From the NCBI GenBank assembly GCA_965240325.2, contig OZ251233.1, positions 1,984,001 to 2,048,000 on the forward strand: 64,000 nucleotides of DNA, read 5' to 3'. A program made the translations under genes and the position numbers. This stretch comes from Rebecca billardiae RCC1528 (lineage: Eukaryota; Protista; Haptophyta). Positions 9,986 through 21,350 of this stretch are shown in pieces (within the stretch, counting starts at the first letter, position 1; each line of letters starts with the position of its first letter). Under the pieces are notes generated by a model. The model did not search any database. It had not been told where the DNA came from and saw only the letters and a list, made by a program, of their open reading frames with translations.

Positions 9986-12900
9986 TCACACGGCGAAGAG
10001 CTCAAGGAGCGCGGCCTGCTCAGCATCGGCACCAAAAGCCTGATCGGCAGCAGCGACGGACGATGCTGCTGCGGCACCCCGACTCGCGATCTGCGCGCCC
10101 GTGGGTGAGGCGGCGGCCAACGAGGCAGCCGCGTCGCGACCAGCGCTGCTCGTGCTGCCATCAAACCCCGCCGCCCCTGCCGCCGCCTCGTCCGCGTCCA
10201 CGCCCACGTCCGCGTCCGCGTCCGCCGCGTCGCCGCCGCCAAAATCGGCCGGCCACTCGCCCCACTGCTCAAAGCCGAGCTCGAAGTCGGACTCAAAGCC
10301 GAGCGCAAACGCGCTCTCCGGCGCCGGGGCGGCCTGCGGCGGCGCGACGGGCGCGGCGGCGCGCGCCTCCTCGCCGGCGGCACCCCCGCCGTCCGGCGCG
10401 CGCGCGACGAGCACGGCAAACGGCGAGCCTTGCACGTGCTGCCCGCCGAGAGTGGCGTGCAGCCGGCACGGTCCGGCGTGCGCGTGCGCGGGCGTGTACG
10501 CGCAGAGGTACGTGCCGTCGTCGCAGTCGAGCACGTCCACGTCGAGGCGCGGCGGCGGCGCGGCGGGCTCGGCGTGTGCGCGCTCGAGCCACGCGAGCAG
10601 CTCGTCGCCGCCTGCCTGCAGCCGGTTGTCGCACCGGTCGCGCGCCTGCAGCACAAAGCGCGCCTCTGCGCCGACGGTGGCGTGCGCGAGGCCGTCGCCG
10701 ACGGCGACGCTGCTGCCGGCGTGCGCGGGGGCGGGGGCGACGGTCACGGCGAACGGCGCGCCGAGGATCGGCACGCCGCCCACGCGCACGAGCAGCTCGA
10801 GCCGGCCGGCGCGCGTGGGCGTGTAGGACACCGCCCACACGCCCGGACCCAACTCCTCCACCCGCAGGGCGAGCGCGCTCGGCGATTCGTCGCCGCCGAC
10901 GACAGAGACCGCCGGCGGCGGCGCGGCGGCGCGCGCGCGCACGGCCGCGCCCGCCGCGTCGCGGCAGTGGACTTCGAAGCGCGCGGTGGAGCCGGCGAGC
11001 GCGAAGGCGATGCCGCCGCCCCGCGCGCGGCAGCTGGGCGCGTGCGCCACGCCCGCCGCGCCCGGTGAGCGCGGCGGCGGCGAGGGCGGCGAGGGCGGGG
11101 ATAGCCACGCGGCCGCGCGCTGCGCCGAAGCGGTCGCGCGCGGCGGCGGTGAGCCGCTCGCGGGCAGACTGGGCAGCGGTGGCGGCGGCGGCGGCGCGGC
11201 GGCGAGCGGGCTCACAGCCGCGCTGGCGCCCAGCTCGGCATCGGTAGCGAGCTCCTGCATGCCGCCGCCGTGCGCCGAGCCGGCCGTGCGCGGCGTGCGC
11301 GGCAGCGCCACGCGCAGCGGCGAGTGCGGCGGCGGCTGCGGCGGCGAGGCGGCGCGCGCGCCCGCCGCCACGTCAGCCTGCAGCGGCGGCAGCGCGCGCA
11401 CACGGAAGGGCGAGCTGCGCACGTGCGCGCCGCCGACGAGGACGGCAAGGAGGTACTCGCCCACCTGCGGCAGCGTGAGCTCGAGAACGTACTGACCGTC
11501 CCCGCCGTCCAGCACCGCCGGCTCCCGCGCCCCCGCCGGCCCGCTCAGCGCCAGCTGCACGCTGTCGCCGCCCTCGCACCGTGCGTTGCCGAACGCGTCG
11601 CGCGCGATCAGGAGGGCGTGGGAGCGCACGCCCGCGCTGACGGCGCGCACGGCGGGGCCGGCGACGGTGCACGCGGGCGGGTGCGTTTGCGCGGGCACCA
11701 CACTGAACGACCACGGCGAGCCCGCGAGCGCCACACCCGTCGAGCTCAGCTCGAGCTCGAGCTCATAGCGGCCGGCGACGCGCGCGCGCACCCAGCCGCG
11801 CGCCGCGCCCCGCACCGCACCGCGCGCCCACGCGTCGCGCGCGCCCGCCTCAAGCTCCAGAGCGTCGGGCTCCCAGCCGACGCGCGCGGGGGCGTCGTCC
11901 GCGCGCTCGGCGCCGCCCTCCGCCGCGTGCCACTGCTCGAGCGAGAGCGAGCGGCGCACGCCCGGCGGTGCGTCCACCTCCTCGCGGCGCGTGAGCCGCA
12001 CGCGCGCGCGCACGGGCGGCGGCGGCGGCGCCGCGGCCGCGTCGGCTGGGAGGCCGGCCGCCAGATCGCGCCCGAGATCGAGATTGCGCCCGAGATCGAG
12101 ATGCTCGAGATTGCGCCCGAGATCGACGGGGTTGTCGTAACGGTCGCGCAGCTCGACGCTGAGCGGCGCGCGCGCGCCGGCGACGAGCGGCGCCGCCGAG
12201 ACCGCCGCGCCGCGCACGAGCGCGCGGCCCGGCGCCGGCGCGGCGTGCGCCACGCGCAGCAGCGCGGGCGAGCCGCCGACGTGCCGCCCGTCGAGCGTGG
12301 CGCTGAGCACGAGGGTGCACGCGCGCGCGCAGGAGAGGCGCGCGCGCAGGGGCGCGCCAAAGGGCGCGGCGCCGTCGGGCGCGAGCAGCCGCCACGCGCT
12401 GCCGCGCTCGCCGCCCGCCGCCTCCGCCGCCGCCTCCGCGAGCACGTGCCCCGAGCACCGGAGCGCGCCGAGCGCGTCCGCACTCCCGTCGACGCGGAGC
12501 ACCGCCACTGCACCGCGGCGCGCGCCGGGCGCGGGCGGGCGCGCGGCGTTGCCAAAGCGGTCGCGGCAGTGCAGGCGCACGTCGAGCGGCTCGCCCGCGC
12601 AGACGGTGGGCTCGGCGAGCTCGAGCGCGCAGCTCGGCGCGTGCGCCTCCCCGGGCAGCACGCGCACGAGCCGCGCCGAGCCCGCCGCCTCCCCGCCCAC
12701 GCTCACGCGCAGCGCGTGCACGCCCGCGCGCCGCGCGCCCACGGTGAGTGCATAGCTGCCGTCACCCATGTCTGCAACGTGTGCAGCCGCGGCCGCGCTC
12801 GCGTCGGCGGGCGGCGCGTCGGCGTCGTCGTCGTCGTGTCGCGCGCCCTCGTCCACGCGCGCGAGCACCGCCGCCACCCGCGCGCCGCCCTCGGCCACGC

Positions 12901-15328
12901 GGTTGCCGCCGCCGTCTCGCAGCGTCAGCAGCGCGCGCACCGCCTCGCCCGCCACCACACGGCATTCGGCCGCGGCGCCGGCGGTTGCGGCGGCTGCGGC
13001 GGCGGCGGCGGCGGAGGCGGACGAGGCGGCGGCGGAGGGGTGCGCGTGGACGAGCGTGAGCTCGCTCAGCGCGGCGTGCGCCGGCCCCGCCGCCACGCGC
13101 ATGCGCAGCGGCGACTCCCCGATCGGCTCGCCGTTCACGCGCACCGCCACGGCAAACTCGCCCGAGCGCGCCTCCGCCCAGACCGCAGCGTGCCACCCGT
13201 CGCCGCAGTCGCGTGCAGCGCGCTTCACTTCGTCCGCACCCGCCGCGTGCTCGGCGCGCGGCTCGGCGGCGGCGGCGCGCGCGGCGGGCAGCACGCCGAG
13301 CGTCACGACGTCGCCCCCGTGCGTCCGCGCGTTGCCGTACTCGTCGCACGCGCGCACGCGCACCTCGAGCGGGTCGCCCGCCGCCGCGCGCGCGAGCGCG
13401 AGCACGCTGCGCGCGGCGACGCGGCACGCGCGCGGCGCGGTGCGCGCGGGCCGGACGTGCACGAGCGTGTGCCCACCCGAGCCGACGAGCTCGGCGCCGA
13501 GCGTGGCGCGCGCGTCGTACTCGCCCGCCTCCCGCAGCGTGAGCGCGCCGTGGTACCGCCCGTCGCCGCCGTCCCGCAGCGCGAGGCGCAGCGGCTGCGC
13601 GCGCTCGCGCGCGCGGCGCGCGCCCGCGCCCGCCGAGCGCGCCGCGGCGCCGTCGTCACCGTCGCCCCCACTGTCATCGTCCGCGCCGTGCGCGGGCTGC
13701 ACGCACACGACGAGCACCTCGGCGTGGTCGCCGCCGCTCTCGCGCGCGTTGCCGAACGCGTCTCGCGCCACCAGCTCGAGCGCGCACGCCTCGCCCGCCA
13801 CCAGCTCGAGCTCGCCGCCGCGCGCGCGCGCGCCGTCCGCCGCCCATCGCAACTCGCTCGCGGCCGCGGCCGCGGGCGCCGCCCGCACGCGAACCTGGAA
13901 AGGGCTGCCGGCGAGAGGCACGCCCTCGCGCGTGCGCACGTGGAGCTCGTGCGCGCCGGCGAGCGTCGGCGTGTACGTCACGTCGAACCCGCCATCCGCG
14001 CGCGGCACCGCCTCGCCCTTCGCGAGGAGCGCGCCATCGGGCCGCGCGCGCGGCTCGGCCGCCGCGCGTGGCGCTGCTGAATCGGCCGCGCCGTCCGCGC
14101 CGTCCGCGGCGGCGGCGCCGTCGGCGGCGGTGCGCAGCTCCACGATCGGCGGTGCGCTGAGGCGCCGGCTGGGCGTCGACGTGCGGGACGGCCTAGGCGC
14201 GAGCGCCGCGCTGATCTCGACCCGAGCGGCCACGCCCGCCGTCGCCGACTCCGTGCCCGGCCCGCGCACCACAAGATGCGGCGCACGCCGCACGTCCGAC
14301 CGAGCGCTCGCGCGCAGCTCGACCAGGAGGGGCGCGCCGCCGACCGGCACACGCGCCGGCACGCCGCGCGCGCGCACGCCGGCCCAGAGCGTGATCTCGT
14401 ACATGCCCGACTGCGCGGCGGCGTAGCTCACCTCGTACGAGCCGTCGCCGCAGTCGCGCACCGCCACGTCCATCGGCGCGGGCCCGCGGGAATGCGCACG
14501 AAGGCCGTCGCCGCCGCGGCCGAGCGGCCGCCCGCGCGCGTCACGCGCGATCACGGTGAAGAGGTTGGGCGCGTGGAGCGCGCCGGCGGTGGCGCGGTCG
14601 CCGAGGATCTCGCACGCGGCCGGGTCGAGCTCTCGCGCCAGCCGGCCGCCGTCGCGGGCCTCGCGAGGGCTCGCGCCGCGCGACGGCGCCTGCAGCCGCG
14701 GCCAGCTCGTGAGGGCGGCCCAGCCGCCGCCGCGCTCGGCGTCGCGGCCGTCACGCGGCGAAGGCGTGCGCGGACGCGCAGAGTCGCGCGAGCGGCGCGC
14801 GAGGAGCCCGAGCGGCACCGATGGCGGCGGCGTCTGTGCGCGTGCCGGTGTTGTCGCCGCCGAGGGCACCGGCGTGGGCACCGCGCCGCGCGCGTGCGCG
14901 CGCGCGCTCGCGGCCGCGCCGCCGCCCGGCGCGATGGGCACGCGCGGCCGCGCGCGCCCCGCGACCTCGCCGGGCGGGCTTCGGCCGTGGAGTGCGCGCT
15001 GCGAGGTGTCAAACTGCGGCTCGCCCGGCGCGGCCGCGTGTGCGGCGCGCACGGCCGATGCGGCCTCGTCCGCCGAGCCCTCGGCCAGGCTGGCGCGCTG
15101 CGGCTCCAACTGCGCGGCGCCTCCGCTCACGGCGTCGAAGACGTCCACGGAGCCGTCGGCGCGGCCGAGCGCGTAGTAGCGGCCGTCTGGCGAGTACACT
15201 GGCGTGTGCTCGAGTCCGTGGCGGTTGCGCACCTCGCACGCCTCGCGCAGCTTGGCCATCATGGCTGGCGTGAAGCCCGCCGGGCGTGGGGACGCCATTG
15301 CCGCCAAGGAGGCCGCCGCGCCGTTCAA
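9986..15328 (-). CDS. Filamin/ABP280-type Ig-repeat protein (~1770 aa, about 10 repeats)
   Basis: Repeated ARDAFGN...GGD...D.GDG.Y......AG.Y.L.V..GG.HV.GSPF.V.V motifs. Single ORF. The start may be the second Met (MASPRP, 15298). Confidence 0.85.
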   Translation of the reverse strand: MNGAAASLAAMASPRPAGFTPAMMAKLREACEVRNRHGLEHTPVYSPDGRYYALGRADGSVDVFDAVSGGAAQLEPQRASLAEGSADEAASAVRAAHAAAPGEPQFDTSQRALHGRSPPGEVAGRARPRVPIAPGGGAAASARAHARGAVPTPVPSAATTPARAQTPPPSVPLGLLARRSRDSARPRTPSPRDGRDAERGGGWAALTSWPRLQAPSRGASPREARDGGRLARELDPAACEILGDRATAGALHAPNLFTVIARDARGRPLGRGGDGLRAHSRGPAPMDVAVRDCGDGSYEVSYAAAQSGMYEITLWAGVRARGVPARVPVGGAPLLVELRASARSDVRRAPHLVVRGPGTESATAGVAARVEISAALAPRPSRTSTPSRRLSAPPIVELRTAADGAAAADGADGAADSAAPRAAAEPRARPDGALLAKGEAVPRADGGFDVTYTPTLAGAHELHVRTREGVPLAGSPFQVRVRAAPAAAAASELRWAADGARARGGELELVAGEACALELVARDAFGNARESGGDHAEVLVVCVQPAHGADDDSGGDGDDGAAARSAGAGARRARERAQPLRLALRDGGDGRYHGALTLREAGEYDARATLGAELVGSGGHTLVHVRPARTAPRACRVAARSVLALARAAAGDPLEVRVRACDEYGNARTHGGDVVTLGVLPAARAAAAEPRAEHAAGADEVKRAARDCGDGWHAAVWAEARSGEFAVAVRVNGEPIGESPLRMRVAAGPAHAALSELTLVHAHPSAAASSASAAAAAAAAATAGAAAECRVVAGEAVRALLTLRDGGGNRVAEGGARVAAVLARVDEGARHDDDDADAPPADASAAAAAHVADMGDGSYALTVGARRAGVHALRVSVGGEAAGSARLVRVLPGEAHAPSCALELAEPTVCAGEPLDVRLHCRDRFGNAARPPAPGARRGAVAVLRVDGSADALGALRCSGHVLAEAAAEAAGGERGSAWRLLAPDGAAPFGAPLRARLSCARACTLVLSATLDGRHVGGSPALLRVAHAAPAPGRALVRGAAVSAAPLVAGARAPLSVELRDRYDNPVDLGRNLEHLDLGRNLDLGRDLAAGLPADAAAAPPPPPVRARVRLTRREEVDAPPGVRRSLSLEQWHAAEGGAERADDAPARVGWEPDALELEAGARDAWARGAVRGAARGWVRARVAGRYELELELSSTGVALAGSPWSFSVVPAQTHPPACTVAGPAVRAVSAGVRSHALLIARDAFGNARCEGGDSVQLALSGPAGAREPAVLDGGDGQYVLELTLPQVGEYLLAVLVGGAHVRSSPFRVRALPPLQADVAAGARAASPPQPPPHSPLRVALPRTPRTAGSAHGGGMQELATDAELGASAAVSPLAAAPPPPPPLPSLPASGSPPPRATASAQRAAAWLSPPSPPSPPPRSPGAAGVAHAPSCRARGGGIAFALAGSTARFEVHCRDAAGAAVRARAAAPPPAVSVVGGDESPSALALRVEELGPGVWAVSYTPTRAGRLELLVRVGGVPILGAPFAVTVAPAPAHAGSSVAVGDGLAHATVGAEARFVLQARDRCDNRLQAGGDELLAWLERAHAEPAAPPPRLDVDVLDCDDGTYLCAYTPAHAHAGPCRLHATLGGQHVQGSPFAVLVARAPDGGGAAGEEARAAAPVAPPQAAPAPESAFALGFESDFELGFEQWGEWPADFGGGDAADADADVGVDADEAAAGAAGFDGSTSSAGRDAAASLAAASPTGAQIASRGAAAASSVAAADQAFGADAEQAALLELFAV

Positions 15329-15664
15329 AAGGGCGGTTGGCCGGAGAGAGGTCGACCCGGACCGGGGTCATCAGATGTCCAGCTTGCCGATCGAGATTGC
15401 AAGGGCCATCACGATCTGCCGAGTCACATAGTCGAATGCATGAAGTACCCGCTTGGCTGGTAATGAGGCACAATAAGATCCTCATTCGCCTTTTACCCGG
15501 GCAAGTCTTCGGCCCGGACGCCCGCGCGGGGCCAGCGCTGGTGAGCAGCCGAGGCGCACGAGCGAGCGGCGGAGACGCGCACCGCTTTTCGAGCAGCGGG
15601 CCATCACTGCACGAGTGCCCGGGCACCGCGCGTCAGCAGCTTCGCCGGCCTCGGACGCGGCGCG

Positions 15665-18600
15665 ATGGGTGCGTGCGGCAGCACGCCCAAGGAGGCGCCG
15701 CTCGGCGACACGCAGCGGCTGATCAAGACCGACGTGGACAAGGTGCCGTGGGAGGAGAGCAAGCCGCAGGAGGTGCACGAGATCCCGGAGGACGAGCTCA
15801 CTGCGCGCGTCGTCAAGCGCTCCTTCCTGCTGCTCACCGGGCTGTTCTACACGGTGATCTCGGGGCTCGTACTCATCATCCCCGGCGCGATGAGCGAGGG
15901 CTTCCCGCTCTACCTCTCCAAGGAGCTGCTCGCCGACCAGACGGCGATGAACTTTTTGGACGTCGCGGTCGCCGCCGCGTTCCTCCGCGGCATCGGCTAC
16001 TTCACGCTGGCGGGGAACAACTACGAGGAGATCATGTTCGCGTCGATGTTCAACAAGGCCCTGCTCGCCATCACCGCGGGCGTCTGGTGGTCCCAGAACC
16101 AGCTGCCCACCTCGCTCTTCGTGTTTGTGATGGTGGGCGACTTTGGCTCCATGCTGATCACGCTTCTGCTCATGATCATGTACCCGGCGACGATCCGGCG
16201 CGAGCGGCGCGTGCTGCTGTGGGTCGTGCCGCCCAAGCTGGGCCGGCCGATCCGCGCCTACTTCCTCGAGTTCGAGGGCTACTTCGGCGTCTTCTTCTAC
16301 CTGCTGCTCTCGATCCCGACCGTGGCGCGCATGTTTGAGGTCTCGCCAGAGCACTGGGTGGGCGGCGCGGGCACGGACGAGCAGACGGTGCCGGGCACGA
16401 TGCTGCCGAGCGGTGGCCACCGGCTCGGCATGTTCCAGATCGCCTGCTTCTGGCTGGCCAACATGTACTGGTGCGCCGCCGCGCCGCGCCGCGCCGGCTG
16501 CCGCGGCTCGCGCCGCGCCGCGCCGCGCCGCCGCTCACGCGCGCCGGCGCGTCCGCGCGCGCGCAGGTACTACATCCCGGGCGGGCGCCGCGCGTCGCGG
16601 GGCGTGATGGCGATGGCGTGGCAGCAGCGCCTCTTCCTCTTCGCGTGGTGGTTGTACCAGCACTTCATCATCGGCGACCACGAGCACAACCTGATCAACA
16701 CGGTCGGCACCTGTTCGTTCCTCTTCCTCGCCGCCGACCTGTACAACTGGACGTGGTTCGCGTACTTCTCGCCGATCGACGAGGCGGAGCAGCAGGCGCA
16801 CGTGGCCGAGGGCGGCGAGAAGAGCGTCGAGGACGGCGCCGGCGCGGCGAGCACGTACCTGATGTACACGCAGCCCACGCTGCCGTACCACTCGCGCTGG
16901 GTGGTCGCCAACGCGGGCAACCTCGTGCTGATCTCGCAGCTGTGGATGTGGCTCTCCACCACGGGCTGGCCGTACATCCACTACACGTACCAGCTGCTCC
17001 CGGGGCACATGGACCTCGCGTACAAGCTGCACCTCACCGTGCGCGCGCGCGCTCCGCCGGCGCGCGCGCCACGCGCGCGCTCGCCCGCCGCGCCGCGCCG
17101 CCGCCGCCGCTCACGACGCCCGCGGTCCGCGCCCTCCCTCTCTCTCCCTCTCTCTCCCTCCCTCTCCCTCCCTCTCTCTCCGTCTCTCTCTCTCCCTCTC
17201 TCTCTCGTGCGCGCGCGCGCCGCCCGCAGGACTGGTCGCTCGTGCTCTTCCAGGCGGTGCTCGCGCTGCTCCTCTTCCCGCTCGTGCCGCGCCACCCCAC
17301 CTCGCAGCTCGTGCTCAAGACGTGCGCGTACGTGTTCCCGCTCCTGGCGTGGTGGTACGCGCTCGAGGCCAAGATCCTCATGCACCTGCGCGGCGGCTCG
17401 CCGTGGCTCGTCTCGTGGATCAAGATGGGGCTGGGGACGCACTTCACGGACATCGCGGTGGACATCACCTTCTACATCGGCTTCGTCTCCTTCAAGCTCG
17501 TCGCCGTCCTCCTCGCCGCCGCCGTCTCACTGTACGCCCTCGGCGCGCCGTGGAAGAGCGCGCTCGAGATGCTGCGCGCCAAGAGCGTCCGCGACGCCTC
17601 GCCGGGCCTCAAGAAGTTCCTGCTGCAGAACGCAGTGCTACTCGTGCTCTTCTCCGGGTTCTGGATGCTCCTCGCCGCCACCGGCATCCCCTCGCCCAAC
17701 GGCAGCACCCAGGGCGCCTCCTCCGCGCCCGCGCCGGTCGACCCGCGCGTCGCGGTCGAGGTCCACCGCTATGACCTGCTGCTCGCGATCGCCCTGCCGC
17801 TCGGCGGCTGGGTGCTGGCCGAGGCGACGCACGTGGGGTACGCGCAGGGCGCGGCGGTGACGCTCGCCGCCGCGGCGTGGTGGTACGCGCTCGCCGTCAA
17901 GATCTCGGCGCACACCAACTCGGCGCCCTCCTTCCACCAGTCGTGGGTCGACATGTTCGGAGTGCCCGCGTTTGCCAACGCGGGGAGCGACACGTTCAGC
18001 TGGCTCGGCTTCGTGCTGCTCAACTTCGTCGCGTTCCCGCTGCTGCTGCCGCCGCTGCTGATGGGCGCGAGCTGGGACAAGGTGCGCGCGTACAACCGCC
18101 GCGCGCACCAGATGACCACCATCGAGCTGCTCCACTTCAACCGCTCGATGTTCCTGCTGCATGCGGCGCTGCTGCTGCTGGTCGGCGGTCTCTGGGCGGT
18201 GCTCACGTCGAGCGGGCTGTGGGCGCCCGCGGGCAAGACGGGCGCGGCGTTCGGCTCGTTCGAGGTGGCGAACCCGGCGGTGCTCAAGGTGGGGATGCAG
18301 GACATCGTCTCGGCGCTCTCGCTCGCGCTCGTCGGCGTGCTCCTCGACTTCGTCCCCGTCCACCTCACGGGCGAGCGGCAGCGCATCAACTCGCTCGGGC
18401 GGTTCCTCATCTTTGTGACGTGGTTCCTCACGCTCATGACGAAGCTCATGGTGAACATCGGCGAGGACGACATGCTCACGTGGCCGGGGATGGGCGCGTT
18501 CGGCGAGTGGCGCGACCCGGCCTCGCTCTCGGTCGGGCACAACATCGCCGACTTCATCTGGTACATCGCCACGCTGCTCGGCCGCGTGTCGGTGCCCGTG

Positions 18601-20475
18601 GTCGTGTGGTTCCTCATCCGCAACTCGATCATCAACTCGTCGCGCTCGCTCGCCGCCAAGTTCGTGCCGGTGCACACGGAGCCGGAGGAGAAGGAGCTGT
18701 ACTTTGGCGTGCTCTTCCTCCAGCTGATGAGCACGTGCGTCGCGGGCACCTCCGCGTACAAGCTCTTCGAGTGGCTCTCACACGTCGTCTCGCCGCCCGA
18801 GCGGCAGTACCTGACGGTCGACCGCATCGCGTACTCCATGCAGGAGCCGAGCCGCACGCTGCGGCGCAAGTGGTTCAAGGCGGTCGGCGTGGCGAAGGAC
18901 GAGCACGGCTGGTGGTTCTGCTCGCAGGTGCCCGAGGAGATCGAGGCGTTCCAGCGCAACGAGATCCTCGCCGCCATGTCGGCGCACACCATCCAGAAGG
19001 CCCCCGGCACCTTCTTTGAGATCATCCGCGCGCGCGCGTTCAACTCGGCGCCCGACTGGATGGTGTGGCAGCCGCTCACCGACAGCCTGTGGAACGACAT
19101 CTTCCACTCGCGCTTCGGCGCGGAGCTCGTGCGCAAGGCGACGGCGCAGGAGGTGAAGCACTTCAACGACGCGATGTCCAACCGCTCGAGCTCGCTCGTG
19201 CACGGCAACACGGCGCAGTCGCGGCTGCGCGGCGGCGCGATGCGCGCTGTCGTCAAGAACGACCCGGGCGCGTCGATCGTCGTCGCCGACCTGACCAAGC
19301 TGATGGAGGGCGCGCAGCGCAAGCCGACCGACCACGTGTACCCCACGCCCGGGATGAAGTTCTACTTCACCGCGGGCGCGGGCGGGCTCAAGGCGCGCGC
19401 CATCGAGATGTACCACCTCACCGGCAAGGTGGACATGTACTACAACGACGGCTCGGCGCAGTGGGAGTTTGCCAAGCGCGCGGGCTCGACGGCGCTCATC
19501 ACCGCGCACCAGATCGGCGTGCACCTCACGCACGGCCACTTCCTCGCCGAGTCGCAGGTGGTGCTCACGTACAAGTGGCTGCACGTCGACCACTGGCTCT
19601 TCAAGTGGATCGAGCCGCTCGCCGGAGACGTGCAGTTCATCAACGAGACGTGGGGCAAGGAGGCCATCCTGTACGGCACCATCATGGACATGGGCCCGCT
19701 CACGACGCAGGGGCTCGTGACGGTGATCGAGAACGCCAAGACGAGCGCGTTCGAGGGCGACCTCACGTGGCACCTGATGGAGCGGCTCAAGCCCGAGCAC
19801 TCGGGCGTGCCGCTCACCTGCCCGTGGAACTATCGCACGACCGCCACCATCCTCGAGGGCTTCGTGCGCAAGCTCGCCACCGCCGTCGCGGACAAGCACT
19901 ACAAGGTGGACGACATCGGGCTGCGCAACTTCATGAAGACGTGCTACTGGTGGCGGCAGAACCCGTCGTGGACGCCCACGACCAAGGAGGGCGTGATCGA
20001 GTACATGGTGCAGTTCTTCATGAACGCGTCGTACCGGCACGACTACGCGCACGACGACTATCTGTGGCACGTCGCAAAGTCGCTGCCGCCGCAGCTCATG
20101 CCCTCGCCCGACCCCGAGGTCCCCGCAAGCTACCTGTGCGCGCCGCGCCCGCGCCGCGCTCGCGCTGCGCCGTGCCGCGCCATGCCGCGCCGCGCCGCGA
20201 CCGCCGCGACCGACCGCTCACGCGCGCCTGCGCCCTCGCCGCGCCGCGCGCCCGCCGCTCGCAGCCCGAGCAAGGCGGTGTATGCGATGACGCTGCAGAT
20301 CGCGCACGCGCTGCAGGCGGGCGTGATCGAGACGCCGCTCGAGGCGTACTACTCCGTCTACCCCGAGCCGGACATGCGGCCGCACGTCGACACGTTCGTG
20401 TCCGAGGTGCAGAGCCTGCTCGTGCTCGGCGGCGTGCACGAGCACATGAACCAGTGCGGCAGCATGACGCACTGA
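15665..20475 (+). CDS. Polytopic membrane protein (~20 TM helices) fused to a C-terminal lipoxygenase-like domain (~1464 aa, 4 exons)
   Basis: Exons 15665-16470, 16567-17038, 17230-20135, 20265-20475. All introns are GTGCGC...GCAG and the spliced length is 4395 nt. LOX motifs: WEFAK, HQIGVHLTHGHFLAE (H-x4-H-x4-H), LHVDHWLFKWIEP, FMNASYRHDYAH, and C-terminus ...GSMTH. The N-terminus MGACGS is an acylation-type motif. Confidence 0.8.
17131..17206. repeat. (CT)-rich microsatellite inside intron 2 of the lipoxygenase-fusion gene
   Basis: Near-pure C/T tract. Confidence 0.9.
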
Positions 20476-20943
20476 GTGAGCGAGCGCGCGCGCGCAAACG
20501 GCGCCGCCTCGAGCGGCCCGCACGCCTCGCGCTCGCGCGGCGCGGCCGGCCGGACCGCGCGCGCACCATCATCCACTGCCGATGGTCCCAGTGTCAGACC
20601 CGCATGCGCGCTGGGCCCACTCATGTGGCGACTGGTCGGCACCTGCACCAGTCGACAGTCGCCAGGCAGGCAGCAGACCTGGCCCGCCAACGGCCAAGGC
20701 CCAGAGCCTCGGCGCTCCGGCGAGGCACGCCGCCGGTGAGCAGGGCCGCCGACCAGGGTGGCCCGACCAGGACTCTGTCCGCTGCATGGTGCAGCGGGCA
20801 TCAGCATGATCAGTCGTGACCCGCGGAGTCGCTTCGCGGCCGTCAGCTCGGCCGCGCGCCCGCCCGGGCCCGCGGGTCGGGCCGCCTGCCGTGCAGCTGG
20901 TCATGCATATATATATATATATATATATATACTGCTCATCTGC

Positions 20944-21350
20944 TGCTCATCTCGTCGCTCGTGCAGGCGGTGTTGGCGGATGCGGGCACGCGGCAGACGC
21001 GCGGTGCTGACGATGGCGACGATCACTACTGCGACGACGACGTGCATGCGCGCCCGCGCGGGCTCGCGTGCGCCTTCCCCTCCTGCAAGGGCGGCGAGAT
21101 GCTGGCACTTTCACACAAACTCTTGCTCATCTCGTCGCTCGTGGCCGTGCGGGCGGTGTTGGCGGATGCGGGCACGCGGCAGACGCGCGGTGCTGACGAT
21201 GGCGACGATCACTACTACGACGACGACGTGCATGCGCGCCCGCGCGGGCTCGCGTGCGCCTTCCCCTCCTGCAGGGACGGCGAGATGCTGGCACTCTCAC
21301 ACAAACTCTTGCTCATCTCGTCGCTCGGGCGGGCGGTGTTGGCGGATGCG
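20944..21350 (+). repeat. Tandem repeat, ~180-186-nt unit, 2.2 copies
   Basis: Units start at about 20945, 21125 and 21311 (gctcatctcgtcgctcg...ggcggtgttggcggatgcg...cacacaaactctt). Confidence 0.9.

Noticed and set aside
9248-20475. SOR + lipoxygenase as a functional redox gene cluster (both start MGAC)
   Set aside because: They are separated by an unrelated 5-kb gene, and nothing in the sequence shows co-regulation.
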